DNA of 63,466 nt, filler included, from Octopus bimaculoides (lineage: Eukaryota), in the NCBI RefSeq assembly GCF_001194135.2. It is 6 parts of 6 records of this genome, joined end to end, with 100 filler letters (N's around TTAATTAATTAA, not from the genome) between each part and the next. Parts side by side here need not be neighbours in the genome. Positions count along the whole stretch, not along the records: positions 8,893 to 30,340 come from NC_068987.1; 5 more parts are not named here. One strand, 5' to 3'. Positions 12,256 through 26,109 of this stretch are shown here, piece after piece. The stretch's first letter is position 1. Every line of letters begins with the position of its first letter. The notes beneath the pieces are model-generated. The model was not told where the DNA came from and made no database searches. It saw only the letters and a list, made by a program, of their open reading frames with translations. The position numbers were made by a program, and so were the translations under genes.

Positions 12256-12989
12256 TTAACCAAAGCAACAAGAGCAACAGCAGCTGTAGACAGAATTTTG
12301 CTCATAGAATGGGAGATTTCATCGTTCAATACTTCAAATTACAAAATAATTTCGTTTCACTGCTACAGAGACGAAACTTAGAATGAAAGCAACAAGAGCT
12401 GTAACAAAAGTAAATGCTGCATCAGCAACGATAGTAACAGTAGCAGCAGCGGCAGCAGCGAATGCAGAGTTAATAAAAGTAACAAGGGTGGCAACGACAG
12501 CAAAGTCATTCCCCTTAGCAGCGGCAGCATCGGAGCCGCTCCAGCAACAGTAATAACGCAACAAACGCAGCTGAAAGAACAGTGGTGATAAAGAGCAGTA
12601 CGCGCGGCAGCAATACCAGTATCAACACCAGAAATTCCAAGAACAACAACTAGATCAAACTTCCTTCACTCGAATAGTCTTCGAGAAGGAACTCTACTAA
12701 CCCCTTCAAACAAAATTAGACGCCGAACGATTTAAGAAAAATTCGGCATGAATGGCAGAGCTTGCGCCGTGTTATCTGAAACTCTACTGCAACTGCTAGA
12801 AATATCATTATATATCGTGTAAGTGAGCTTAACAACTCAACGCCTGGAGTGGAGACCGTTACAGATGTACACTTAGAAAGAGGCCTCCGAGATGTGTCAG
12901 TACATCCAGCACATAACTAGCACGATAGATTTCAGCGGCTCGATTCCTATTTAAGACTGAGGCTCTTGAAGTGCAATATCCAGTGGTCT

Positions 12990-13300
12990 CTTGCTGCAGT
13001 GAAGGTTTTACCCTACACACTTTACGGGAAGAGGATCGGTAAAAGTAACAGTATCGGGAGTTTCGCCAGGCCTAGATCTTCGGTAGATATTGACAGGCAT
13101 AGTGTTGAAAGAGAGAAAGACTCTACTGGATACGAATACAAGGCGGGAGAAGCAGAGCTAAACCACGCTTGAGGTTTGTCTCCATATAAAAGCCTGATGT
13201 ATGGAAAGGATCTAAACCCTCATCTCCCTGCCAAATGGAGCAGAAGTACGAGAAATTGTGGAGGGTTGACGATTTGGAGGTTATGTCTGTGCAATAATGA
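12990..13300 (+). mobile_element. Degenerate L1/Tx1-like ORF1 (gag-like) relic
   Basis: PYTLYG / GRGSVKVTVSGVSPGLDLR*ILTGIVL...TLISLPNGAEVREIVEG*RFGGYVC resembles the 'LPNG....IVEGRR..C..C' pre-zinc-knuckle of L1/Tx1-type ORF1; several stops. Confidence 0.45.
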
Positions 13301-14244
13301 ATCAATCTCGGACCTTTCTGCTCAATCAACCAAGGCAAGAAATGAGAAAGGAGAGCTCCACTGATACTGACACTGTTGGTGTCAATACAGCAATGTGTGA
13401 CAACAGGAGTAGTAGCAAAAGTTGCAAGAATAAAAAAAGTAGTGACAATATCGACATCTGTAACAGCATCAACAGTACTAACAACGGCTTCGACCCTACA
13501 ACCGCAGTAGAAACTGTGAAAGCAATAAGAGCATCCCACCAACAAAATCTGTGAAATTCTTCAGCCGTAATTACTGAGGTGGCAGAAAATAAGTACTATA
13601 ACAAAATAATCGCCATCCATTGACCTATTCCAACTAATCACTGTCAACTCTCGCTCATGTTCCTCCCCTTCTGCGCAGATACACTAAAAATAATGTTATT
13701 GCTCCCGTCTAAGTCAGAGTCTTCCAATCATTTCTCTGGTGATGAAGGTGTGGAAAATAATAGCAAAAAAAAAAACCTTGAAAGTAATAAAAAAGAAAAG
13801 GAACATAGCACGAAATAATAACAACTACACATCAATCCCAAACAACGTTAAATCCACAACAAATACACCATCACTACTATCTACCACCCACTAACAGTAA
13901 AAAAAAAAACAAAGAGAAAACACTAACGGAATGATATCCAGGACAGAAACAACAACAACTAAATACGCAGCTTCATACACATCAAATTTCACCAACATCC
14001 AACTCATAACGATAAAAAATATAGATCTGTTATATTACATAGGAGAAAATGGAGAGAGGACTGAGAGGGCGACTTTCAATTAAACTACAATGAATATCCT
14101 GGAGTACCGGAAATTTGTAAGGCTACCAATAGAGAGATATAGAGAAATGAGAGTTTTCCATACGATGTTGGGAAAACCCAGTGTTACAACATCGAAAGGT
14201 TACTTAAATTACAGAGGATTATTTGACGTGAGGAGTTAAAAGTT

Positions 14245-14322
14245 AATGTTATCGACCCCAAAAGGATGAAAGGCAGAGTCGAACTCGGCGGAATTTGAAC
14301 TTAGAACGTAGCCACGAGCGAA
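14245..14322 (-). mobile_element. SINE family B fragment
   Basis: ATCGACCCC.AAAGGATGAAAGGCA.AGTCGA.CTCGGCGGAATTTGAACT. Confidence 0.8.
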
Positions 14323-14944
14323 AGATCATCATCATCATGTTGAAATATCTGCATACCTCGGTTATCAAATCTAACTTCAAAGAAGATATTTGCAATATTT
14401 TAATCTAAAGTACATTACGATCATTTTGACATTGCATAACCATTAGATATGTCATACATGGACGTGTAGAATCAACAGGCACAGTAGAGAAATTAATATC
14501 ATAAATTTCATAAGTTAATATTCTAAAACCAAAGAGACTGTTTGTAGCCTACATTGACAAAACACCATTTGTTTTCTACCTCTTTCTCTTTCTGAAAAAG
14601 GGAACGTGTTCGAAACTTTACCTTTTAGCTCCTCATGTCAAATAATCCTCTGTAACATTTTACGAATTACTCTAGAGTTCAAACTTTGATAAAACAACAG
14701 AGAATCCGACTAGATAGGTTTACATTATCGAGTTCGACTCACTATCTAATGGAAACAGATACTAATGTTGGTATATCTGTTAAACAACACTTTTATGAAT
14801 ATATGTTTTTGTGTCATTTATGTTCCAAATCATTTGAGATTTCAAACAATCGCTAATTATTACCTTCGGCATAATCGTAAAAAAAAAAACATCCCTGATT
14901 TCAGAATTTTCATTTGATTTAAGAAATCACTTCATTTCAATTTC

Positions 14945-15399
14945 ACCTCACCATCAGCATCATCTTCATTGTCATCGTCGTCAGCGGCGGCGTAGGGTCT
15001 TTTCCATCATCATCATCATCAGGAGAAGCAACAGCGACAACATCAACATCATCGTCATCATTATCATCATCATATTAGTTCTGAATCATGATCACCACAA
15101 TCTACGCCATCATCATTGTCATCCTCCTCCTCATCCCCATCATCAACATCATCATCCTTCTCCCCCTCATCATTATCGTCAATATCATCCTCATCATCAC
15201 CCCCCCCCACTACCAACATTAGCATGAACCTTATTTTCATGACAATCCTGATCACCACCACCTTCGACTCCATCAACCACCTCCACCATTACCATCATCA
15301 ATATCACAGCCGCTGCCACCATCACCAGCACTATTATTACTACCATCACATCACTACTACTGCTACCATCATCATCACCATCATCATCCTCACCGCTAT

Positions 15400-15431
<32 letters not shown>

Positions 15432-15590
15432 CTGCAACCATCACCATCACCACCACTGTCAACACTATTACCACCTTACCTACCGCCACCACCATCACCA
15501 GCAGCACGACTAACACGACTACCACCAGCACCACAATTACCACCGCCTCCACCACCACCATCAGCGCGATCATCATTAGTATTACAAGCA
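14945..15590. repeat. Degenerate (CAT)/(CAC) trinucleotide region
   Basis: Directly visible low-complexity tract. Confidence 0.9.
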
Positions 15591-15914
15591 TGAGTCATGG
15601 CCCTGCCAGTGAACAGAAACTCTAGCTAACCCGATTAGATGTCTTAGAGCATTTAGTCTCGTGTTTTCGGTTCACAATTGAAATCTCACAGGGATTCTTA
15701 TATGTTTGTCGTTCCTTAGAGTCTTTAAAATAACTAACTAAAAACCAGGAATAGACTAGACTGGGATCAATTTAATCGACTGTACCCCCGGCTTTACAAA
15801 AAAATATGAAATTACCATTTTACCGTCAATGAAGTACACAGTTAAAAGACATTACAAGATATAATAACGGTGATAGTCAAACATCACCAGAACTTTCAGA
15901 TGTGTATATTTGGC

Positions 15915-16310
15915 TGTTGTTGTTGTTGTTGTTGTTGTTGGTGGTGGTGGTTCTGGTAGTGGTGCTGGTGGTGGTGGTGCTGGTGGTCGTGCTGGTGGTG
16001 CTGGTGGTGATGGTGATGGTGGTGGTGGTGGTGCTGGTGGTGGTAGTGCTGGTNNNNNNNNNNNNNNNNNNNNNNNNNNNNNNNNNNNNNNNNNNNNNNN
16101 NNNNNNNNNNNNNNNNNNNNNNNNNNNNNNNNNNNNNNNNNNNNNNAGAGCTGGTAGAGCTGGTGGTGCTGGTAGGGCTGGTGGTGATGGTGGTGGTGCT
16201 GGTGGTGGTGCTGGTGGTGTTGGTGGTGGTATTAGTGGAGGTGGCGGCGACGGTGGTGGTGGTGGTGGTGGTCGTCGTCGTCGTCGTCGTATTGGTGGTG
16301 GTGACGATGT
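15915..16310. repeat. (GTT)/(GGT)/(CGT) trinucleotide region spanning a gap
   Basis: Directly visible. Confidence 0.9.
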
Positions 16311-18139
16311 AGGTGATGATCATGTTCAGCATCAACCAGGTGACTCATGATCTGCAAAAGTTATGATGAAAAAAGCATTCTATCTATGACCATCACACAT
16401 ATTCGTATATATAGGATTTGTGTACTATTAGGTAATATTTTGTTTTCATGACCTGAGATACTACGTAGACAGTAAGTTCGAAGTGTCGGCAGAGAGTCAA
16501 ACAAAACACTTTCTGTATTTCTATTACGAATCGTCTACTTTATCAGTGAAATCCTGCTGAGGTTTACTAAAATAAAGTAGATGCAGAAACCCTAACCCTA
16601 ACGAACTTAATGGCTTCTAATGTATTACCTCCCTTTAGTTAATGAATTGAAATCTTCAACAGAGATGTCATGCAATTTAGTTTTTTACTGTTCGATAAAT
16701 TTAAATACCCGAAATATATTGGGGAAAATGCAATGAACACATCTTTGACAGTGTTGGTAAAATGTTTTGACAATATTTGGTCGGAGTCGATCCAATTAAC
16801 GATACTTTGGTCATACGAAACACTTGTCACATGTTTTCAAGCTTCTTACAGGTATTTCAGGATTGTCCTTGCGTGTCCTAAAGTCTTTATTACATTCATC
16901 ATCATAGCACCCGACGTTCGTGTAGTCACTGAGCTCCTCGACTTTAGAGTGCTATCATTGGCTCCAGAGGTATTCGAACCACTGCGGTAAGAATAATAGA
17001 AATGACACGTGTATAATCAACAGAAGTATTTTTAGGCGAGACATACCAGACTGAAATATATTTTTATAATGAATTTGCAACGGTATTATATTTTTTCCTC
17101 TTAGAAATTTATTTTATTTCGTTTCTAATTAAATGTAATTAATTGAATTAAATCAAATTACTTTGTCAAATTAAAATAGCATAAATCTGCTATTGCGACA
17201 CTCTACTCCTTGTAACAATGGTCACTGTTTCCGCATGGATTAATTTATTTTTTTGTAATTTTTTTTTTAAACTGCTCACAACATATTTCTTACCCTTGTT
17301 ATAATTAAATACAAATTCGCAACAGTCACATGATCTGTGATTGTTTGTAATAATCACATTAAGAACATTAGAATTTTAAGTCGTTCTATTTTCTGGATTG
17401 ATGTTTGACCTTTCAAAGTTTATGAGTTTGAAATTCGTTCGAGATATAACGAGCGAAAACCCGTCGCAAATAGTACAACTCTGTTTCAAAGACACAACTT
17501 TGACTCAACCGGTTTAACGCGATTCTGCCTAAACATTGCCATTCAATGCAGAATACTTCATTTACATAAAAAAATGTACGATGAAGACAGTTCTGTTCAT
17601 GTAACATATCCTTGCGAGACAACTTCCGAAATTTTCGGACTCACTAAACAGAAAATGCGCATCAGAGAGAAATATTTTGCTGTCAAACCGAGACTATTAT
17701 CTCAGTGATTTAACCTGAGCAAATAACTGTAAAGAATAGCAGAATTCTATGATTGAATATTAAACATAGTTCTGTCACTATGTACATAACAACTTAAAAT
17801 ATTGGGCTCGATGAAAAAATGAATATCTGGTTATATATTACATGAAAATAGACATATAATACAATATATTATGTAAAGATTTATATGGTGTTTCTATCCC
17901 AAAACTGGATAACATCAAGCTTCGTAACTTGGTTTTTATTAACCCAATATATGTAAGCCTACGCAGTCAACATACAAGCATGTCAAATTATCTTATTTTC
18001 CTGTCGAACGAACAAAAATAATGAACAGTCATAACTCATTTACGAGACTTATAGTGCTCTCATCAGAGGTACCTCCTTCACTTAAATAATCATAGAGTGA
18101 AAGTAGCGAATTGCTTACCATACGCATCAGTTCTATTGC

Positions 18140-18762
18140 TCCAGGGGTTACATCAAGAAAGTTTCTTTCCGAGGCACAAGTCGACCATGCATACCAGCTT
18201 TCCGTTAGGGTTAGGTTTAGTGTCAGGATTAGGGTTAGAGTTAGGGTTAGGTTTAGAGTTAGGGTTAGGGTTGAAGTTAGGGTTAGGGTTAGGGTTAGGA
18301 ATAGGGTTAGGGTTAGGGTTAGGGTTAGGAATAGGGTTAGGGTTAGGGTTAGGTTTAGGTTTAGGGTTAGCGTTAGAGTTAGGGTTAGGGTTAGGTATAG
18401 GTTTAGGGTTAGCGTTAGGGTTAGGGTTAGGGTTAGTTTTAGGGTTAGGGTTAGTGTTAGTGTTAGGGTTAGTGTTAGGTTTAGGGTTAGCCTTAGGTTT
18501 AGGTTTAGGGTTAGGGTTAGTCGCCCATGTAGTCACCCATGCATACCAGCTTTTCGTTTCCATGCCACTGATGTTATCCAAGGGGAAAAAATGACCGGTA
18601 CAACTTGGCACCAATGACGTCGCAACTCACTTCTACTGATGAGTGAACTGGAGCAACGTGAATATAAATTGTCTTGCTCAAGACCAGAAAACACAGCCCG
18701 GTCTCAGAATCGAACTCACTTCCTCATGATTGTGAGCTTGACGCTCTAACCACTGAGCCAAA
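18140..18762 (-). mobile_element. tRNA-derived SINE (family C-related) interrupted by a telomeric tract
   Basis: Minus strand head TGGCTCAGTGGTTAGAGCGTC...GAGTTCGATTC, then CTTGAGCAAGACA..TATTCACGTTGCTCCAGTTCACTCA (CORE-like) and the body to 18531; the apparent 3' end resumes at 18203-18140. Confidence 0.75.
18205..18520 (+). repeat. Interstitial telomeric sequence (TTAGGG)n, degenerate
   Basis: About 52 units of TTAGGG with TTTAGG, ATAGGG, TTAGAG, TTAGTG and TTAGCG variants. Confidence 0.95.
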
Positions 18763-19883
18763 GCCTGTCTACGGGAACCTAGTCAACTCTGTTTCAATGT
18801 ATGATGATACATAAAACTTGGGAGAAAGCATACATACATTTCAAATTTATTTCTTATCGAAAATGATCAAAGGGAGGAACAGATATTTAATGAAACTTGA
18901 CGTCGGCTCTTCTTTTTGGAAATGGATGAGTGCCTATAGAAAGAATAGAACAAAACGAGCGAAAATATTATAAAGACAGCAAAAAAAAAAAAATTAATTA
19001 ATAAAACAAGCAAGAAAAAGATGAAGTAATATAAAGTAAATTCTTGCATTGAAATTTCTTGGTGTTTTTCAAATAAAGGATCAGAAAACAAAACAGAAAT
19101 CAGTGAGATATAAAGAATGTACACTCATACGCACACAGACACGCACATGCAAACACATCAAAACACACACACAAGCACACAAGAATGCGCCAACACACAT
19201 ATATATATATAAACAGAGGAAGATGACCAATAAGGTTTCATGTTTGAGGATATAAAACAGGTACTCACATATTAAGCACAATGGTGTATGTTTTATTCAT
19301 TGAATGTTATAAAGATAATCTTGTAATGAATTTATGTTTCCGAAAAGTTTCATGCTGGACAGCCTTCTTAATGTGGAGATGGGCTAAAAACCATAATACA
19401 ACTTTCACGCTCGGTCATCTTCGACACATTTTCATTCGGTTATGTCCCTTGATTACTTATTCATCTCTCTAATTTTGGAAAATTCTTCAGCATGAAACCA
19501 TTCGGTGAAACAAATTGGCTGTGATTATATTTGTAATTTGTGTGTGTGTATGTGTGTGTGTGTGTGAAACCTTGTACTGAAGCCTATATTGTATTTTAGT
19601 GAAGTCATACTGCTAAATAACACACACCCTAGTCGTTCATCATTTCAGTTTTAGATTTATTGCTAACTAGATTGGTACAATTTATATTTTTATCACTTAA
19701 CTATACTTAATGGTTTCAAATTTTTCAACATTTGTCAAGTACATTTTTTTTTACGAAAGTCTAGGATTCATGTAACTTTAAAGCTATAAATAAAATAACA
19801 TAATTACTCCATCTTATGCGCTGCGTTTTCTCCCCACCCTCTGTCTGTATAAGCTACCCTAGGATATATATATACACACACAG

Positions 19884-19922
<39 letters not shown>

Positions 19923-20559
19923 CATCCGTACATAAATACGTACATACGTACGTACGTATATCAATCCATCCATCCATCCATCCATACATACATACATACA
20001 TACATACATACATACATACATACATCCATACATACATACATGTATACATACATACATACATACAAAGCGAAAAAGAAAATACGAAAATACCTACGCTGAA
20101 CTATAGAGAAATTAACAGTTATTCTACCCACATTGCAAGTTCCGGTTTATTATACCTGAAATTATTGGGGCACTGTGACATGTAACACACTGCCTAAGTA
20201 CCAATTTTGAGGAATTAGGCTTCTCAAAACCAGAATGGAGAAAGCTGATTCGAATGCTACAGATTCAGACCATCAGTGGAACTGTCAGCAACTGTAAAAT
20301 TTCCCAGAAATTTATCATTTTAGTATAGGTAATAATGTCGAGACATGCAACTATATGCATGAGAATACATACGTGAAACAAAACATAAAAATCTGCATAT
20401 ATACATTCATACATACACACATATACGTGCACACACTCACGCGCATTAACATATACACACGTAAACATACATAAACATGCGCACAAACACACACATATAT
20501 GAATGTATGTATGTATGTATGTATGTATATATACATATATATGTATGTATGTATGTATG

Positions 20560-20605
<46 letters not shown>

Positions 20606-21239
20606 CATACATATAATGGAAGCAACAGAGTGACTTAAGGTCCAGTGAGTTTCGTGGGCTGGTGCTTATCTAGGACTTCGAGTCACTGTTTGCATCCTCA
20701 TAACGATTTGTGTGCGCGCGCGTGTGTGTGTGTGTGTATGTGTGTGTGCATGCGTGTGTGTGTGTGCTGTGTGTATGTATGCATATATATGTGGTGTTCA
20801 GTTATTCCATAAATGAAACATGCATTAAATGCTACAAAACGTACACGTAGGACAGACACAAGGGCCCTAATCCTTCCTCAGTTATCGACCAAAAATGCTA
20901 ATACCCAGTTTCGTGCCTTTACTGATAAGACTGGGAACGTCGTATATAGGGGGCACCTGCAAGATTTGTGTAGAATTAGGGCTCGAGTAAACAAAGCAAT
21001 ACAGGTGGGGGTACGTAAGATAGACGAAGACAATAAATAAGGCCTTTCAGCCAAACGTGAGAGTAATGGTTAATGCCGGGACGAAATCCTCAAATGGATA
21101 TGAAAAAAGAGTTAGTAAGAGAGGAGAAAAAATTTGCCAAAAACGCTAGGCGTCCGGTGGCCAAAAAGGCAGAGAATAGAAAATCAATCACGGGTCACGT
21201 GTGGGCGGCAAATAGACGGGAAGGAGGATGAGTGTGAGG

Positions 21240-21247
21240 GAGAGAGA

Positions 21248-21287
<40 letters not shown>

Positions 21288-21358
21288 CAGAGAGAGAGAG
21301 AGAGCGACAGAGAGAGAGAGAGAGAGCGCGACAGAGAGAGAGAGAGCGACAGAGAGAG

Positions 21359-21435
<77 letters not shown>
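21240..21435. repeat. (GA)n with periodic GCGACA interruptions
   Basis: Directly visible. Confidence 0.95.
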
Positions 21436-21437
<2 letters not shown>

Positions 21438-21660
21438 AGGGGAAGGAAGGGAGAAAGTCTACAATTAAGTGTGAGAAAATAAGAGAGAGGGAGAGAGGAA
21501 GTAGGGATGCTAGAAAGATGGAGACGCAAAAATATAGTATGTATGTATTATACGGATGGAGTGAGAATTCAGTGTGTATGTGTGCATGAGTGAATCTACA
21601 TGAATATATACGGGGTGTATGTAGATCCATTTTCAATCTTGTATACCAAACAGATTGTAA

Positions 21661-21935
21661 ACATTCGGCTCCCAGAGCTTTGGCTCAATAGCTCGAATTG
21701 TATTTGAGTGACAAGGGAGTTTTAGTTGACAGCCTATTAAATATTTTAAAGGCATGTGTGAAATTCATTAAAGCTTAGATAATTGAATTAAAATTAAATT
21801 AATCCTATTTAATTGTAAACGACGATCAAAGTAAATTTCCTAAGCGTGAAAAAAAAATATCTCGTAGGAAATTAGAAACTATATACCATTTATTTAATCT
21901 CCAATCGTGTAATTATCACCTCCCGGTAAAAGAAG
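21661..21935 (+). repeat. Unclassified ~275-bp dispersed repeat, copy 1 (copy 2 at 27753-28030)
   Basis: Shares TTTTAGTTGACAGCCTATTAA.TATTTTAAA..CATGTGT.AAATTCATTAAAGCTT..ATAAT...AATCCTATTTAATT.TAAACGACGA..ATCGTGTAATTATCA with copy 2. Confidence 0.8.
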
Positions 21936-21944
21936 CATTAGGTT

Positions 21945-21986
<42 letters not shown>

Positions 21987-22304
21987 TTTGTTGTTGTTGT
22001 TGTTACTGTTTTTGTTTTTTTCTAGACAACCGTCAGCATTGTTATACTAGATCTTATGATCAAATACAACAGCCATTACAGTTTCATCTTTTTCATATAT
22101 ACAACACAGTATATCTAGGACTACATTATTTCTTGTGTTCATCTTTTAAGGACGTTAGATGAGATATAAGGGATATTTAGCTGCTATATCTTGCAGACCA
22201 TGCAAGCATACTCTTCAGCTTTAAAACAATATATGTATTCCTTTCCATACATGTATAATGTATAATATACATACAATGCTATACAGGCAGAAGTTCGAAT
22301 ACTT

Positions 22305-22460
22305 GTTTCAAATTATGACACAAGGCCAGCAATTTCGGGGGATGGAGTTAGTCGATTACATCGTCACTACTACTCAAGTGGTACATATTTTAACGACCTC
22401 CAAAGGATGAAAGGAAACGTTGACCTCGGCAGAATTTGAAGTGAGAACGTAAGGACGGAG
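22305..22460 (-). mobile_element. SINE family B (5'-truncated)
   Basis: CACAAGGCCAGCAATTTCGGGG..AGTCGATTACATCG..AAAGGATGAAAGG..GACCTCGGC.GAATTTGAA. Confidence 0.8.
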
Positions 22461-23337
22461 AAATATTAATATCAGTTAATATTCGTACACACTATTAAGT
22501 TTGAGAGCTTGTAGAGTCGGAAGAGCGTTGGCTATAACGCCTTGTGTGGCTTTTTCAGTCTTCTGGTATGCCCCCCTCACCATGGGTGAGTAACTTGTTC
22601 ATTTTGATAGGTTTGTCTTTCTTCCATTCGGACGACAACAAAGAAGCCAGAAATGTAACCGTCCGGTTCGGTGAGATTCCGGGTTTAAGTTATACTTACT
22701 AACAATGGCGAGCCTGTGGCGAAGAAATAGGTTGTTCGAGAACAGGTTGATGGTGACAGATCACATTTATCAACTTAAGTGACCCGCCTATAGGTGCAGC
22801 AAAATGTATAGAGCATCAAAAGCGTGAGAATTGCTCGATAAGGAAATACGTATTTCTTCGAGTAGTTCGCAGGTATATTATAGCAAAATATTAATATCAA
22901 ATCAAAGATTTTTTAGCTTCATTGTAGAATATTCACAACAATATATGCATAACATAAAAAGTTTACATACAAACATACATGCATGCATGCGTCCATGGCG
23001 AATTAATGCAGAATTTACAGCTCACATACCCTACTATGAATTCTCATTTGTACCTATCATCATAGATGCATAAGTTTATGTACCGACAAATTTGCACAAA
23101 AAAAACTAGAAATACTCGCCTTCATAGAAAAAGAGCAAAAGAAACTGACGCGGATTATCCAAATTGAATCTGTTAGAGTCACAGTGAAAATTTGTAAGAC
23201 ATTCTAAAATTTCTCCACATGAGATTCTTATGTGAATAGATGCACACACTTGGGTGCAAACATCGATTGTTAAAAAAAAAAACATATATACATATATTTC
23301 GGTACAGGTCTTTGTGATTCATTTGTTGGTACTTATG

Positions 23338-23381
<44 letters not shown>

Positions 23382-23491
23382 ATTCTTCGATTGCATATGA
23401 CAGTGCAAACCCTGCTGCAGAGAAGGTAAAACAATTGCTAAGCTGGAGGTGCCCATTGTTGCAAAAACGTGTTTTAAAGAGTTCTTGTGAA

Positions 23492-23790
23492 TGCGCGTGG
23501 TTTAGAGGTTAGCGTATTCGGCTAACGACCGTACGGACTTGAGTTCGATTCCTAGACGCGCGGTGTATCCATGAGCAAGATACTTTATTCCATGCTGCTC
23601 TAGTCTACTCAGCTGGAAAATAATGAGTAGTTCTTATATTTCAAAGGATCAGCCTTGTCTCACATTGTGTCAGGCTGAATCCCCTTGTGAACAACGTTAA
23701 AGATACGCGTGTCTGTAGAGTGCCTAGCCACTTGCACGCAAACTTCACGAGCAGGCTGTTCCTTTGTTTGGATCAACCGGGACCCCCATT
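23492..23790 (+). mobile_element. tRNA-derived SINE family C
   Basis: Head GCGCGTGGTTTAGAGGTTAG..GAGTTCGATTCC, CORE-like GAGCAAGATACTTTATTCCATGCTGCTC..CTCAGCTGG, 3' end CAGCCTTGTC.CACA.TGTGTCA.GCTGAAT..AGCCACTTGCACG..AA.TTCACGAGCAGGCTGTTCC shared with 48185-48564. Confidence 0.8.
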
Positions 23791-26078
23791 GTCCTAAAGA
23801 GAGTGACAATTTCAAGGATTCTTGATTCTTGAGTCTATTGCTCCACATTATTTCACATAGATTCAGTTTTCTACTAGCCAATTGTTCTGCCTCGTCTGGA
23901 GCGGAGATGATTTCAAGTAATCAAGAATTTATGTTGCATGGCATTTGATATATGCTTATTTCTTGTTCAAATACATGTCACTGACCACTCTCTAAGATCA
24001 GTTTCATTTTATTTATTCAAGTTACCACAGCTATAAATGCATTCTAACTGTTTTTTTGTGTTGGTCGCATTAGTCTAATTATCCATTCTGTTTGAGATGA
24101 GGTAGAATTATTGTCGTACTGATGATGTGTGAGTGTGTAAGTGTTTCTATGTGTGGACGGTCCGTAAAGTGAGCTATTTCGTTCTGCAACCGTTAATCCA
24201 GATACGGTTTTCTTCTCAGCACTTTTCTCTCGCCATCTGTTCTCGTTCGTTTCTGCAGAAGAGTGTAGGCTCAAAACGTCAATGACCTCTGCCACATTTC
24301 TTGTTTTGTAGCTTATCTGTGGGTTGGTTCCAAATATATATAATACTCTATTTGAATATTTTTAGCTCATAACTTTTAATAATAATATTAATTTCTTTAA
24401 CTTACGGATTACATTACAGGTTTTGTTTCTTTATATATTTTTTTTATTCCTTATTTTTATACCTTATTATATTATGAGGTAAGTTAAACTTCTAGGTTTT
24501 AGGTTGTTTTTAGGAATTTGACCTGAGGAGTGACTGCTTTTGAGAGTAAAATAATTTTTCCGTTCTAATGAACTTGGATATGGTTCTCTTACATGATTTT
24601 ATATAGTCCTAATTCAGCCATGAAACGCGCGTAGTCAATGTACAAGTACTTACTTTTATACATTATATTATTGGATTAAGTTTTGTTGTTCAATTTATAC
24701 TTTATTTGAATTTTAGATTAATATTTTTATGATGAATGTTTCTTGCTATGGTATTCGCTGTGATTTTAGAAGTATCTTCTCTTATATATTATATGATTGT
24801 AATAATCTTACTGTTCGATATTATATATTATTAAAATTTTCGATTAGTCTTTTGTATGGCATATATCTCACAGCATAGTTTTGGACGGGTTCTTCATTGA
24901 CTGAGTTGTGGAATAGTGGTTCATCTCTTACTTAGTTATATATATATATATATNNNNNNNNNNNNNNNNNNNNNNNNNNNNNNNNNNNNNNNNNNNNNNN
25001 NNNNNNNNNNNNNNNNNNNNNNNNNNNNNNNNNNNNNNNNNNNNNNNNNNNNNNNNNNNNNNNNNNNNNNNNNNNNNNNNNNNNNNNNNNNNNNNNNNNN
25101 NNNNNNNNNNNNNNNNNNNNNNNNNNNNNNNNNNNNNNNNNNNNNNNNNNNNNNNNNNNNNNNNNNNNNNNNNNNNNNNNNNNNNNNNNNNNNNNNNNNN
25201 NNNNNNNNNNNNNNNNNNNNNNNNNNNNNNNNNNNNNNNNNNNNNNNNNNNNNNNNNNNNNNNNNNNNNNNNNNNNNNNNNNNNNNNNNNNNNNNNNNNN
25301 NNNNNNNNNNNNNNNNNNNNNNNNNNNNNNNNNNNNNNNNNNNNNNNNNNNNNNNNNNNNNNNNNNNNNNNNNNNNNNNNNNNNNNNNNNNNNNNNNNNN
25401 NNNNNNNNNNNNNNNNNNNNNNNNNNNNNNNNNNNNNNNNNNNNNNNNNNNNNNNGTTAATTTCACGAGCAGGCTGACATGCAGAGTTAAGAAATCACAA
25501 AAAGTCTATACAAGAAAAATGGCCAGCAATATCACCGAAATATTTGAAGACTAGCTGCAATACAATAAAAAGAAACGATCATTTATACTCTATCAACATG
25601 TTGTGCAAAAACACTGTGGATAAATATAAATTTTGGAAAAACCCAAAAGTAAAACCACAACAGATTACTGAGGCTAGACACAGGAAGCATATAATCACAC
25701 CTCACACATACATACACACTTAAAGAATAATAAAAAGAAATAGAATACAACGGTTCTTAACTCCAACTCAGCACCGCACTCACTAATACAATGATAAGTA
25801 TATAATGAAACTAAAACAAACTAAATCGAACAATGCATGCAAGCAGCTGTTTTTATATTGGCAACAATGAAAGGAAGCAAAATATACAAATACATGTAAA
25901 CGAATAAAACAAATTGCCAATACAATATAACTAAAATAGGAAAACTGTTTGAAAGATCTGCCGGAAAAATCAAAATCATCTGAAAATTTAAACCCGTTGG
26001 AAAGATCTCAGAAATAGATGATCTTTCTAAAATATAACAATATTGGCTTCAGCACACAAACACACACAACATACACAC

Positions 26079-26109
<31 letters not shown>

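Noticed and set aside
16586-16600. AACCCTAACCCTAAC
   Set aside because: Only two telomeric units; expected by chance or a TE remnant.
16640-17640. Moderate-complexity ORFs (16670-16990 plus; 17413-17622 minus) as possible exons or transposase relics
   Set aside because: No recognisable motifs or reliable splice context; cannot be supported without a search.
18097-18614. ORFs with LGLG, RVRV and PNPN repeats
   Set aside because: Translations of the (TTAGGG)n tract.
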